Source: a virus (taxonomy: Duplodnaviria; Caudoviricetes). Taken from it: a stretch of 62,658 nt of DNA. Under the pieces are notes generated by a model that was not told the DNA's origin, made no database searches, and saw only the letters and a list, made by a program, of their open reading frames with translations. Below, piece by piece: positions 9,630-19,357 of this stretch. Made by a program: the position numbers and the translations under genes. The stretch spans positions 1 through 62,658 of the IMG/VR virus record IMGVR_UViG_3300020201_000019; one strand, written 5' to 3'. Numbering within the stretch: the first letter of the stretch is position 1; each line of letters begins with the position of its first letter.

Positions 9630-10508
9630 TTAGATTTCTCGAGAGTAGGCTTTTGATGGAATGGTGGAATCGCATTCCGCTTCGACTTCTCTGGCGAGAT
9701 CGTCGGCTAGCTCATCGTCAATCTTTTCAAGATACTCGTCAATACGTCGGATCATTGCGCGATGATCGTGAATTGTCGATTGTAGTTTCTCAAAATTTAC
9801 ATCGACATCGGCGAGATAGCCGCGCACGGTATCATTTAATTGGGTTGGTGACGCATTCATTATTGCGTCATAAAGTCCGTTATCGGCCAGCCAGAGTTTA
9901 TCCGAGCGTGCGATAAATTTGCGCTGGTACTCTAGTAGGTCGTACACGCGCTGCTTTAGGCCTCTTGGCGCGCGCATTTTAGATTGCGTCTTTTTAGCCG
10001 GTCCGCGTAACTCGGACAACTCGACCATAAGTGCCCGTGTAGTGTAGGCTTCTTTTACGCAACGGTCTTCCATAACTTTGCGCTGTGTAGGATCTTGCAC
10101 AGCTAATAGCAATTGTACATGCGATGCTGTCAAGCGCCAGTTAGGTCGAGAAGGGCATCGGGCATTTATGAGACACATGATATCAGCTTTAGTGGGGTAC
10201 GCCTCGAATACACGGCGGGCATACTCGAACTGATCAGCTGGGATGCTGTTATGAAAGAAATGCGTTAAAAGCGCGGATGGGCTCATATGTTGCGTGCGTT
10301 GCTTATCTGTTAAATAATTCTCTGGGTTTGTGTCGATCTCATTGATGAGCTCCCCGACACGCCACATCGTCATAATATTCGCGGCATGTTGTTCCGCAAT
10401 CATTTCATCTATTTGCCCTACGACACTACGCAAATTTATATGCATATCTGCTATTGCGTGGCGAGCGGCAGCGGCATCGGGTGTGACGATTGTTAATTCA
10501 GAACTCAT
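9630..10508 (-). CDS. Putative DNA-binding protein, DUF1016/YhcG N-terminal-like
   Basis: MWRVGELI and LTASHVQLLLAVQDPTQRK...EAYTTRAL resemble the YhcG-N pattern (W.IG..I; LsWSH..Ll...d...R; WS.ReL). Confidence 0.45.
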   Translation of the reverse strand: MSSELTIVTPDAAAARHAIADMHINLRSVVGQIDEMIAEQHAANIMTMWRVGELINEIDTNPENYLTDKQRTQHMSPSALLTHFFHNSIPADQFEYARRVFEAYPTKADIMCLINARCPSRPNWRLTASHVQLLLAVQDPTQRKVMEDRCVKEAYTTRALMVELSELRGPAKKTQSKMRAPRGLKQRVYDLLEYQRKFIARSDKLWLADNGLYDAIMNASPTQLNDTVRGYLADVDVNFEKLQSTIHDHRAMIRRIDEYLEKIDDELADDLAREVEAECDSTIPSKAYSREI

Positions 10509-11674
10509 CTTCGTTCCTTATTTGTTGGAGTAGGTAGTAGCATTTGCATACCTGTAGTTTGAATCTTATGACGCGACATTAAATGAGCTGTTCTAGCATA
10601 CCGTAGTATAGCGCATACAAGATCAAGTGCCGTGCGCGATGTCAGCGATCTTCCAGTAAATACATCAAGAGGATCCCTGGGCTCCGTATCTTTGCCGACT
10701 TGTATAGCATTTTTAACGATATGCTTGGCGTCATCATGCGCTAAACCGAATCGCGCTAAATACCCAACCCACTTCTTGACAATTGCGTTAAACTCTGATT
10801 TATCGCTGATGCCGAGCGGTTGCGCTTCTAATATTTTCATACGTGCCGCTAACATATCCATATCTACGATTTTAGCGTAAGCACTGTGGATTAATTCGCC
10901 TACTCGGCCCATGATGTCGGCCCCAACGTGGATAACGCGGCCGGTGCGCCCAGTTGGCGACAAAGCGACGCCATATGGTGTATACAGGCACGGCACGGCT
11001 TTGGCCGAATTGCCCGAGTCCTCGCGATTACTGAAGTACCACCCCGCAGAATATACATCGCCTGAACGCGCGACGTTTGTGCGACGACTACGTGGATCAA
11101 TAATATAAATAGATAATGCGCGCCCAATTATTTCTGCGCGATAAAAATAGCAATCTGGAGCATGCTCTCGCATTGCTATCAGCACGGCTTCAAAGAATAT
11201 AGCATTATCCAGAATCTTATGATTAAGCCCATAAAGTCCGTCAATCGCGCGGGCGGCGTGATCGACAAGTAGTGTCTTTTCGCGTAACTGCTCAAATTTT
11301 ACGCGCAGCGCTGTGTTATAAATGGCGACGGCGGCGGGTACATTACAATCGTCAAGATTGTTATACTTGGCGACTATTAATCCAGAGATGTCTCCGAATA
11401 CGCGCGGGAGGCCTGGGCATATAGCGCCGGCCACTGCAGTAAAGCCGAGAATATTAAATCGATAACCTGTCTCAATCAAACACGCGTCAGCAGCAAGGCG
11501 AAGTTGCATTTCGTCCGATATCGTTATGATTTCTGTATTAGCGCTGCGTTGTTTCAGAAAATCTAAACAGTCAGCTTCTTGATTAGCAGAAAACGCTAAG
11601 GCAATAACGGGCGCAAACGTTGCCCGCCTTTGCTGCGACACGCGATCGAGCATTAGTCCACCACTTGGGTCCAC
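10505..11674 (-). CDS. Hypothetical protein, possibly DUF932-like
   Basis: AGWYFSNREDSG..AKAVP resembles the DUF932 G...NS..G motif; weak. Confidence 0.35.
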   Translation of the reverse strand: MDPSGGLMLDRVSQQRRATFAPVIALAFSANQEADCLDFLKQRSANTEIITISDEMQLRLAADACLIETGYRFNILGFTAVAGAICPGLPRVFGDISGLIVAKYNNLDDCNVPAAVAIYNTALRVKFEQLREKTLLVDHAARAIDGLYGLNHKILDNAIFFEAVLIAMREHAPDCYFYRAEIIGRALSIYIIDPRSRRTNVARSGDVYSAGWYFSNREDSGNSAKAVPCLYTPYGVALSPTGRTGRVIHVGADIMGRVGELIHSAYAKIVDMDMLAARMKILEAQPLGISDKSEFNAIVKKWVGYLARFGLAHDDAKHIVKNAIQVGKDTEPRDPLDVFTGRSLTSRTALDLVCAILRYARTAHLMSRHKIQTTGMQMLLPTPTNKERR

Positions 11675-12225
11675 TCATTTCCGAGAGCCGCGCAAAATGA
11701 AGCTAGCGGCTCGATAAATAATGGCCTGTCCGAGGTATTAGCAGGATACAGAGTAAACTGTAAGCGCTGAGTCCCGGGCACACGTTCTTGTCCGATGCTC
11801 CAGTGATTATACGCACAAAATTGTGTTTTAATCACTGGGAACACACATACAAATGGCATTGTATGCGGATTAATCCCTTTAGTAAATAGCACACGTCCAA
11901 TTGCTTTAATCAGTTTATTCTTAACAGCTGGTCTGAACAAGTCCGGTAATGCGATCTGGTGTAAAAACGGAATACGCTTACCGCATAATACACCAGGGAA
12001 CGCCGTATAATGATGATTGAACCACTGAAAATTTAAGTTATCTTCATGTGATTCTCTTCGACATTGATTCACCAATTGCCCCCAGCTATTCGGGCTGCCG
12101 CCGCATCCCGTAAGAATGCGCTTAATTATGCGCTCTTCATACGCTAGTTGCCGCTGTGCCCGAATAATCTCGACGGACGGTGTTGTTTCGCCAAAAATAT
12201 TCTGGAAGAATTCGTCACGATCCAT
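11653..12225 (-). CDS. Hypothetical protein (190 aa)
   Basis: ORF immediately downstream of recA. Confidence 0.7.
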   Translation of the reverse strand: MDRDEFFQNIFGETTPSVEIIRAQRQLAYEERIIKRILTGCGGSPNSWGQLVNQCRRESHEDNLNFQWFNHHYTAFPGVLCGKRIPFLHQIALPDLFRPAVKNKLIKAIGRVLFTKGINPHTMPFVCVFPVIKTQFCAYNHWSIGQERVPGTQRLQFTLYPANTSDRPLFIEPLASFCAALGNEWTQVVD

Positions 12226-12228
12226 TTC

Positions 12229-13608
12229 TTACTCCGCAAATTGTCCAAGAGGATCAAGGTCCGCTGTGAGCGCAAAATCATCAACTGAGCTTGCGGCGGC
12301 CATTAGTTCTGGATTATCTGTCTTGTGATCTTCTTTGAGCTGTACAAGTACCTGCTCTCGATATTTAACCGCGGGATTGCATACTGCATATTGATTTATG
12401 CCAAGTAATCCATGCACCAAGCTTTTAACTCGATCATTCCGCTCGAATAACATGGATAGCTCAGCTTCTGGAATAGCCTCTTGTTTGGTTACACCTAATG
12501 CGGTGGACCATACGAGAGGTATATCAGAGTTTTTGGTGCCGTGCTTATACTCCACATCGCATACCTGGCGCATTAGTTCTGCTATTTTCGGGTCGTGCCC
12601 TGGTTGTGGTTTACGATCCGAATCTTGTACATCTATCAAAAGTCGTGTCGTTGCTGTGTGCCAGTCCCAGTAATGATGCTGCTGTGATGTGTATGCGATA
12701 ATTTCACCATTAGGCGATACAACCGGTACAGAGCGTGTATACCACATTAGATTCACAACGCAACGTCGGCCAGGGGCGCCTAGATTATTCTTTGTTGCGA
12801 TAATGCGTACAGCTTGCCCCTCTTGACCGGACTTCTCAACCATTTTGCGCGATACACGTTCCATGTCCAAAATCAGTGTTGGATAATAATCCAGGCTGGC
12901 GCCACCTGGGGCGTACTTTTTAGGCGCGCCGAATCCCATTTGATTAATTTCTTCTTTCAGATGGTTAGTCGCGACAAACGCGATCGGATAATGGCGCAGT
13001 GACGGAACTAATGCGGTTCGCATAAAATCAGATAAGTTTCGCGCTAGATACGGATGGCCGGCTGAGGCGTGGCCCTCTTCGGACACTTTATCGACACGAC
13101 GCTCGACTTCAACGGCTGAGATAGAATCGATACCGATGCACATTGGATATGCGTTACCGGTGGTGTCCTCATCCGACTGCTTGTGAATTAACTGGCACAA
13201 ACCGATATACTGTTTCTGCCACTCTTCTACCGTGTTTGCCTGCACCGCGACGACACGCCGCATATAGTCCGGATTATGCCCGCAAATACCGTCAATCATA
13301 CTGCGGCTAGCTTTGTTCTCTGTATCAATAACAACTCCGCCGCCGCCATATACTGCGAACCAACGCATGATCTCAAGCAGCAGCGCAGATTTACCGGCAG
13401 AGAACTCGCCTCGGAGTTGCACGAACCGCGAGAGCGGAAAGATATTACTCTGAATAATATAGCGGGCGGATAATGCTGGAACTGGTAAACCAATCAGAGG
13501 ATCTTGCGCCTCAAGTGTGGCTTTCAAAATTTCAGTTATTACAGGATGTTCGCCGGTTGGTGTGCTTACACCTGGCTCAGCCATCTCGGTCTTCTTACGT
13601 CTACCCAT
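12229..13608 (-). CDS. recA: RecA/UvsX-like recombinase
   Basis: Walker A GEFSAGKS, VIDTE, IGIDSISA, TNHL, APGGASLDYY, KNNLGAP. Confidence 0.9.
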   Translation of the reverse strand: MGRRKKTEMAEPGVSTPTGEHPVITEILKATLEAQDPLIGLPVPALSARYIIQSNIFPLSRFVQLRGEFSAGKSALLLEIMRWFAVYGGGGVVIDTENKASRSMIDGICGHNPDYMRRVVAVQANTVEEWQKQYIGLCQLIHKQSDEDTTGNAYPMCIGIDSISAVEVERRVDKVSEEGHASAGHPYLARNLSDFMRTALVPSLRHYPIAFVATNHLKEEINQMGFGAPKKYAPGGASLDYYPTLILDMERVSRKMVEKSGQEGQAVRIIATKNNLGAPGRRCVVNLMWYTRSVPVVSPNGEIIAYTSQQHHYWDWHTATTRLLIDVQDSDRKPQPGHDPKIAELMRQVCDVEYKHGTKNSDIPLVWSTALGVTKQEAIPEAELSMLFERNDRVKSLVHGLLGINQYAVCNPAVKYREQVLVQLKEDHKTDNPELMAAASSVDDFALTADLDPLGQFAE

Positions 13609-13673
13609 TTGAACCCCTAAGTTAATAGCGGCTACAAAGCACGCTCATGTACCACGAATTACACACTAATAAA

Positions 13674-15077
13674 TTATCGCTTGGCGGCGGCGGCCTTGGC
13701 GCGGGCCTGGGCTACAACATCGGAGATACTTACCGGTACCGGGGGCTTGGCTACTCCCATTGCCGATTGTAGCTGACTAAAGGCTGCAGTTGTCTCCTCG
13801 GGTAGCTCATCGGCCAGGTCGTCCCATGGCGTAATAATCGCAGGACTAGTCGGTGCAGCAGGCACTGGCGTAGCGCGGCTGGAAATTTCACGATCGGGCG
13901 AGCTAGTGGCCGATTCCGGCGCGGACGGTACCGCAACTGTAGTGCGATTACGCCCCTGTAATGCCCGAAGATATTCCGGCCTATCACGCCAGGCGAAATC
14001 AAGCGCCTCATGCGGGAAAGAGTCCGCCATGAGTGCAGCCTGTTCCTCAAATGTGGGCACGTACATAAATTCATCAAAAGTGCTATTCTGATTACGCACT
14101 TGATCCGTATACGCATCTAACGTTACGCGCTGTCCGTTAAATGTATCATGTAGCACGACGGAATGCTGCTCAATCGGCAACTTTGCGTCAGGCTTAGCGA
14201 TTACCTTACCTAGAATAACTGTCTCATTAGGATTCGCGTTGGACATAGCGTAATACGGGACAGTCACATATTCCGGACCTTCAATAGAGATACCGTGTGG
14301 TCGCGGCGGGCGGGGCTGCAAAGCTGCGCCATACGACTTAGAGATAACTGTGATTAACTTGGCCTGATCATTCAACATATCACCACAGAGATAATTTTCA
14401 TCGGCATCCTGGACGCGGAAAGCATTAAGCAAGCTTTCAGCCGCAGTTTTCTTAAAGCCAAAGATGCGGGCGTTGCCCTCTTTCTGATCAATAAGATCAT
14501 AGCAACCCAGACCTGGGCGCTTATCTCCACGTAGGAATACCTGCGCTGCACTAACGAATAAAATCTGATCAGGACGCTTGAGCGACCCGACATGTGTCTG
14601 CTGCCCGTAACCAGCTTGCCGATTAAGTAAATCACAAAATAGTGGGCCCAGGCCGGGAGTTTCTTTATTCTTATAGGCCGCCTGATATAGCAGCCAGACG
14701 GGGCTATCGTATCGATTAATCGCGGGATTACCGTCGTATACGATAAAGTGTAATCCGGGCTGGCCGAACCACGATACGCACTCATAGTGTCGGCACCAAT
14801 CGCCGAATTCGGAATGAACGCGGAATGGTGTGAGCGAGGGCGTGCCGGTAGCATCTAATATTCGCCGCCCATCATCGTCGGTATTATAGGTGGGCAGAAG
14901 GCGCAGACAGATGCCGTCTGACAGCAATTTATTTCCACCTAGAATAATGACGTTACGCTGCTTGCCGTAACAGAATCGACGAGGACCGTCGGATGAGATA
15001 TGCGTGGGTGCACCAAAAGCCGCAAGATTCTGACTCGCAAAACGAGGCATGGGTATTCTCCAAAAATTAGTAAACAA
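13674..15077 (-). CDS. Probable single-stranded DNA-binding protein (gp32-like)
   Basis: LRLLP motif near N-terminus, low-complexity tail, position between polymerase and recA. Confidence 0.45.
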   Translation of the reverse strand: MFTNFWRIPMPRFASQNLAAFGAPTHISSDGPRRFCYGKQRNVIILGGNKLLSDGICLRLLPTYNTDDDGRRILDATGTPSLTPFRVHSEFGDWCRHYECVSWFGQPGLHFIVYDGNPAINRYDSPVWLLYQAAYKNKETPGLGPLFCDLLNRQAGYGQQTHVGSLKRPDQILFVSAAQVFLRGDKRPGLGCYDLIDQKEGNARIFGFKKTAAESLLNAFRVQDADENYLCGDMLNDQAKLITVISKSYGAALQPRPPRPHGISIEGPEYVTVPYYAMSNANPNETVILGKVIAKPDAKLPIEQHSVVLHDTFNGQRVTLDAYTDQVRNQNSTFDEFMYVPTFEEQAALMADSFPHEALDFAWRDRPEYLRALQGRNRTTVAVPSAPESATSSPDREISSRATPVPAAPTSPAIITPWDDLADELPEETTAAFSQLQSAMGVAKPPVPVSISDVVAQARAKAAAAKR

Positions 15078-15109
15078 AAATAGCGAAATGCTAATAAACT
15101 ACTATGCGT

Positions 15110-15118
15110 AATATAGCA
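15110..15118 (-). promoter_or_regulatory. Extended -10-like element TGCTATATT
   Basis: Intergenic, upstream of the SSB-like gene. Confidence 0.35.
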
Positions 15119-15144
15119 CTAACGTCGGCCGTATGCTAGCCCGA

Positions 15145-18100
15145 TCACAGCCAAGTTAATCCGATGTTTTTGGCATCCGTTTCAGATAATTTCTCACCCC
15201 AGTGAATGAACATATCTATAGCCGCGCCGAAATGATACGGCTCGGCGACGGGTATTAATCTGCCATCAAGTTGTCTTGGCCAAAACGGTACCTGGTCTAT
15301 CATGCACGCGGGAATCACTTCTGTATATACGCGCTCAGCGTGGCAGATAGGCACAATGAGGATGATAGCGTCGTGAATCTGCAATGCGACGCTGTACTCA
15401 ATCTCTGGGTGCTGTTTTTTATAACGCATAAAATTATATAGCGCTACTGATACAGCATCAGCGACGCCGCCCTGAATAGGGAAGTTCTGTGCCTGTCTTT
15501 CTTGCTCACCAATAACCGCACGATCGCGAGAGCCGAAATTCATAAACCGCCGATATCTGCCGTATGGTCCGACAATCCAACCTGGTTTTTGTGATCGCTT
15601 TCGGCATGCTGCAAGAAAATCTTTTGTACGCGGATATGCTGTGAAATAAGCGTCAATCATAGCCTGGCAATCAGCCGTTGTAACATCAACACCCTCTTCT
15701 TTACATTGCCTAGCTATCGCATCAGGTCCTCTACCGTATGGAATTCCGAAATTCACATTTTTGGCTGCGATCCGCATACCTTTACAGCCGGCATCTTCCA
15801 TGGCTGTCTTAGTTGGTAGCACACCAGTTAGATTAAATACCTTTACAGCTTGTCGTGCGTGGATATCGTAATGATCTACATGACTCTCTGGTAATAGGTT
15901 GCGCCGAACATGCTCAATCATATTTGGATCCTGAGAAAGCCAGGCGAGTACGGCTAATTCAGCGCCCGTATAGTCCGTCTCAATTCCGACATACCCATCG
16001 GGGACTTTTAATACTGAACGTACGGGATGGGTATATCGATCCTCACCGATAATCCGCCTATAGTCGCCCTCTCGTTTAGAGCTTAGATTCTGCAGTGGCG
16101 GGCGGGATGAAGACGCGCGACCTGTTTCTTTAGTTTGGAATAAATGCGTGCGAACTTTACCGTCAGCATGCGCGCAACCAACAAGACCGCTACCATACTC
16201 ATAATTGCCATTATCGTCTAACTCGAAATCACCTTCGTCGGTCTTATTGGGCCGGCGTAACACGGATTGCAGTACTTGGGCGATAAACTTGTAATCACGA
16301 ATTTTAGCCGCGGTGTCGTTTAGGTGCCCGAATATACCAAGACTTTCTTTATCAGTACTTGGGGAGGCTGTGTTTAGCGCGGCCGGGGGCAGCTCGCGCC
16401 ACAACTTCGGACGTTTACCCGTGGTTTTAATTGGTATCAAGTCTAGCGTTTTTGCCGTATCTGGCACATCAACAGCCTGAGTGAAATTCCGCAGTATTTG
16501 TCGGCCAAATAGGACTGCGGCCAACTGTGGTTGCGACTTCGGATTAAAGTCTGGCCAATCTAATTCTTTACGAATGTCATGAAGAAGTTGTTCTTGCGTC
16601 AACATAAATAGATTGGTCAATTCGTCTGCGCGATCTTTGTCTAAAACGAAACCGGTCCTCTCCATTTCTAGAAATGCAAGGGACGCCATATGCGCAAGCC
16701 AGTACGGATACCAGCAGTCATTACCGTGGACATCGGAAGCAATTGCGCCATTGTGGCCATCGGTACCGTAGAAGTGCATCATAATGCGGCGCGTAACATC
16801 GGCGTCATAGTTGGCGTATGGGTGTAATATATGGCCTGGGCACATTCCGTAACCACCAAGCGCTGATGATTTGAGGCCGTGCTCTAGGCAGTATGACTTT
16901 TTCCATTTATCGAGACGCTCCCAGTAACTGGGTGCCGATGTAAACTTTAATGAGCATTGATCCAAACCATACTTAGCCGTCTCGTTTACTGCGTGATATG
17001 CCAAACTAGTATCCCAGCCACCCCTATCGCGCACATGGTGATCTGGATCTGGCGCGTACTCGTCGCGGCAATCGACATCGAAGTCAATTAACCACGGCAA
17101 GTCAGCTCTCAAGAAATGGCCGCCGATACGTACATGCCGTTCAGGTGTGCTTTTTAGCAGACGAGTAAGCTCGATACGGGCGGCATCTAAATTAGGCTTA
17201 AATGCTTCTTCTCCGCCCTCATATCTTAATACGATAGTACGTGCCCACTTATCTTTATTGGATACCTGGATTGTACGAAGATATGCCCCCGCTTCGCCTG
17301 GATAATCGCCGTGCCACTCACAGTCAACAGCAATGATATTCGCATTTGGATCGGTGCGCATATCTGCAATCATCTCGTCAACTGTGGCGCGTAAATCTTT
17401 TTCTGTATATATCTCCGCGTGATCAATAACTTCCGCTACGACGGGTGCGCCGCTAATTGCCGCTACAAACCGACTAAGTTGTCCACGAAATTCATCATAA
17501 ACCTCAGGGCGGCGTGCGACGAACGCTGGGTGTACGCATGAATGAATGTGAATAATATGTGGCGTGCCGTCTGGCTTAATGATGGTAATTTTACCGACGC
17601 GGCCTGTGATCTCGGCACCGAGCATGGTTAACGCTTTTACGGCGTCTGCGCCCATACATAATAAGTACTTAGGTGCTACAAGTTTTAACTCCTGCATTAA
17701 TGCCATTGAGGAATCTTTAAGCCAAGCTGACTGTATTACATCGATATTAATGTCGGGTGAGCTGAACTTGCACGCGAATGTTACATACCAATTTGCGCAA
17801 TCTTCTTTTGCCACGCCGCAATCAGATAACGCCATGAAAAGCTGCGCCATACCGGGGCCGGCCGAGGCGTCCCGCCGGCGTAGCGAGTCGAGACCGGGGA
17901 TCTTACCGATGATCATAACGTCAGCCGGCTTGGGCCCGTACGTGATCGCTTCATTAGCGGTTGGGTCGCCGATTATGTGGCCTGGCACGAACTCCGCATG
18001 GAACACACCACGCTTACCTAAAACAGGCATACCAAACTTAGGATCATATACAGCACGCCGGCATAGATAATCGAGATGTGGGCCGAATTCTATCGGTTGC

Positions 18101-18306
18101 TTTTTCTTTAGTGCGCTTAAGTTTATTTCATCGCCTAAGTCCATCGCATGTTTTACAAAATCAGGCCCAGGTGGTGGCATATCTGGCCCAGTAAAGTCCG
18201 CCAACGGATATAGTTCTTTTACTAATTCGTGCTTATTCGGGTCAGTGAGGGCCTCAGAGAATAAATGGGCAAAGGTTACTGAATTACTCGGAGAATACAT
18301 CGACAT
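15145..18306 (-). CDS. polA: Family A DNA polymerase with N-terminal uracil-DNA-glycosylase-like domain and 3'-5' exonuclease (SPO1-type architecture)
   Basis: UDG-like VMIIGKIPG...HPAFVARRP; exonuclease VDCEW, HFLRADL, YANYDAD; TGRASSSRPPLQN; motif A DYTGAEL; motif B RIAAKNVNFGIPYG; motif C QIHDAI. Confidence 0.93.
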   Translation of the reverse strand: MSMYSPSNSVTFAHLFSEALTDPNKHELVKELYPLADFTGPDMPPPGPDFVKHAMDLGDEINLSALKKKQPIEFGPHLDYLCRRAVYDPKFGMPVLGKRGVFHAEFVPGHIIGDPTANEAITYGPKPADVMIIGKIPGLDSLRRRDASAGPGMAQLFMALSDCGVAKEDCANWYVTFACKFSSPDINIDVIQSAWLKDSSMALMQELKLVAPKYLLCMGADAVKALTMLGAEITGRVGKITIIKPDGTPHIIHIHSCVHPAFVARRPEVYDEFRGQLSRFVAAISGAPVVAEVIDHAEIYTEKDLRATVDEMIADMRTDPNANIIAVDCEWHGDYPGEAGAYLRTIQVSNKDKWARTIVLRYEGGEEAFKPNLDAARIELTRLLKSTPERHVRIGGHFLRADLPWLIDFDVDCRDEYAPDPDHHVRDRGGWDTSLAYHAVNETAKYGLDQCSLKFTSAPSYWERLDKWKKSYCLEHGLKSSALGGYGMCPGHILHPYANYDADVTRRIMMHFYGTDGHNGAIASDVHGNDCWYPYWLAHMASLAFLEMERTGFVLDKDRADELTNLFMLTQEQLLHDIRKELDWPDFNPKSQPQLAAVLFGRQILRNFTQAVDVPDTAKTLDLIPIKTTGKRPKLWRELPPAALNTASPSTDKESLGIFGHLNDTAAKIRDYKFIAQVLQSVLRRPNKTDEGDFELDDNGNYEYGSGLVGCAHADGKVRTHLFQTKETGRASSSRPPLQNLSSKREGDYRRIIGEDRYTHPVRSVLKVPDGYVGIETDYTGAELAVLAWLSQDPNMIEHVRRNLLPESHVDHYDIHARQAVKVFNLTGVLPTKTAMEDAGCKGMRIAAKNVNFGIPYGRGPDAIARQCKEEGVDVTTADCQAMIDAYFTAYPRTKDFLAACRKRSQKPGWIVGPYGRYRRFMNFGSRDRAVIGEQERQAQNFPIQGGVADAVSVALYNFMRYKKQHPEIEYSVALQIHDAIILIVPICHAERVYTEVIPACMIDQVPFWPRQLDGRLIPVAEPYHFGAAIDMFIHWGEKLSETDAKNIGLTWL

Positions 18307-19345
18307 TATTGTTCTCGGTTGGTTGTGGTGCTACGCCAATATGCTCAAATAGTAGATGAGATATATCTTCTTCAGAGTAGTCGGCCGGATCCCTCGAGTC
18401 AGGCAGTACTACAGGTACGACTTGCATAGACTTTTTGCCGAGTAACTCTGTTGCTCGCGCCATCTCGTCTTTAGCGTCGTGATCCAGCATGAGTATGACT
18501 GGCTTATTCGGCCAAGTCCGCGCAATCAGATCCTGCTGGGCAAGTGACATAGTCTTACCGAATAACGCTACAGCAGCTTTACCTAGACGCCAGACACTCG
18601 GAACACCCTCGACAACGATGACGTACGGCTGACTCTGTGCCTGATCGTAATTATACAGCAGTGTGGATTTCCGCATACCCGACGCATTCAGGTATTTTGG
18701 TTGCGAATAAGAATTAATAGTTCTAGCTTGCCAGCCAACCAATTCGTGCCTGTACGTGATTGGTATATATAGGCGCCCCCTAGTGGCCGCGTATTTCGGC
18801 TCGTCTACGTTGATACATAGTCCGATATTAAATATGTCCGTTAATTGCTGCGCATCAAAATTACGTTCACGAATATAAATACGCGCAGGGTGATCATCAG
18901 GCAACTCACTAAGTGGTATTACTGTTCCTGGTGGCCTGATTGGCTGAGGAATAAATGGCTCTAAAGATGGCGCTAACGCACACGGCCTAGGCTTAAGGTT
19001 CTTGCCGTGGCCGAATATTAATTGCTCTAATTGCTCACATCTGCCAGGTACTCGCATACATTGCTCGTTGTAGCACACTACGAGATGGGTGTATTCCCTC
19101 CGACTATGCTGTACCTCTGAGGCGTATACATGGTTGATCCACATACGCGGAATGTGGTCATTACAGAATGGGCACCGCACGCAATAATACTCACCCCACT
19201 GGGCGGCATGTAAAATAGTTCTACCTGGATTCAATGGGTCAGGCATTTTAGAAAAATATGCGTGGGCGCCCTCATTAGCTATCTTTACCTCACCAAATTT
19301 ACGTACTAATAAGTCGTATAAAGTTGGATTGATAGGTTGTGACAT
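18284..19345 (-). CDS. dnaG: DNA primase (Zn finger plus TOPRIM)
   Basis: CPFC...C..C, RLYIPI...GWQAR, PKYLN, VVEG and LDHD motifs. Confidence 0.88.
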   Translation of the reverse strand: MSQPINPTLYDLLVRKFGEVKIANEGAHAYFSKMPDPLNPGRTILHAAQWGEYYCVRCPFCNDHIPRMWINHVYASEVQHSRREYTHLVVCYNEQCMRVPGRCEQLEQLIFGHGKNLKPRPCALAPSLEPFIPQPIRPPGTVIPLSELPDDHPARIYIRERNFDAQQLTDIFNIGLCINVDEPKYAATRGRLYIPITYRHELVGWQARTINSYSQPKYLNASGMRKSTLLYNYDQAQSQPYVIVVEGVPSVWRLGKAAVALFGKTMSLAQQDLIARTWPNKPVILMLDHDAKDEMARATELLGKKSMQVVPVVLPDSRDPADYSEEDISHLLFEHIGVAPQPTENNNVDVFSE

Positions 19346-19357
19346 TACCCTAGTCCT

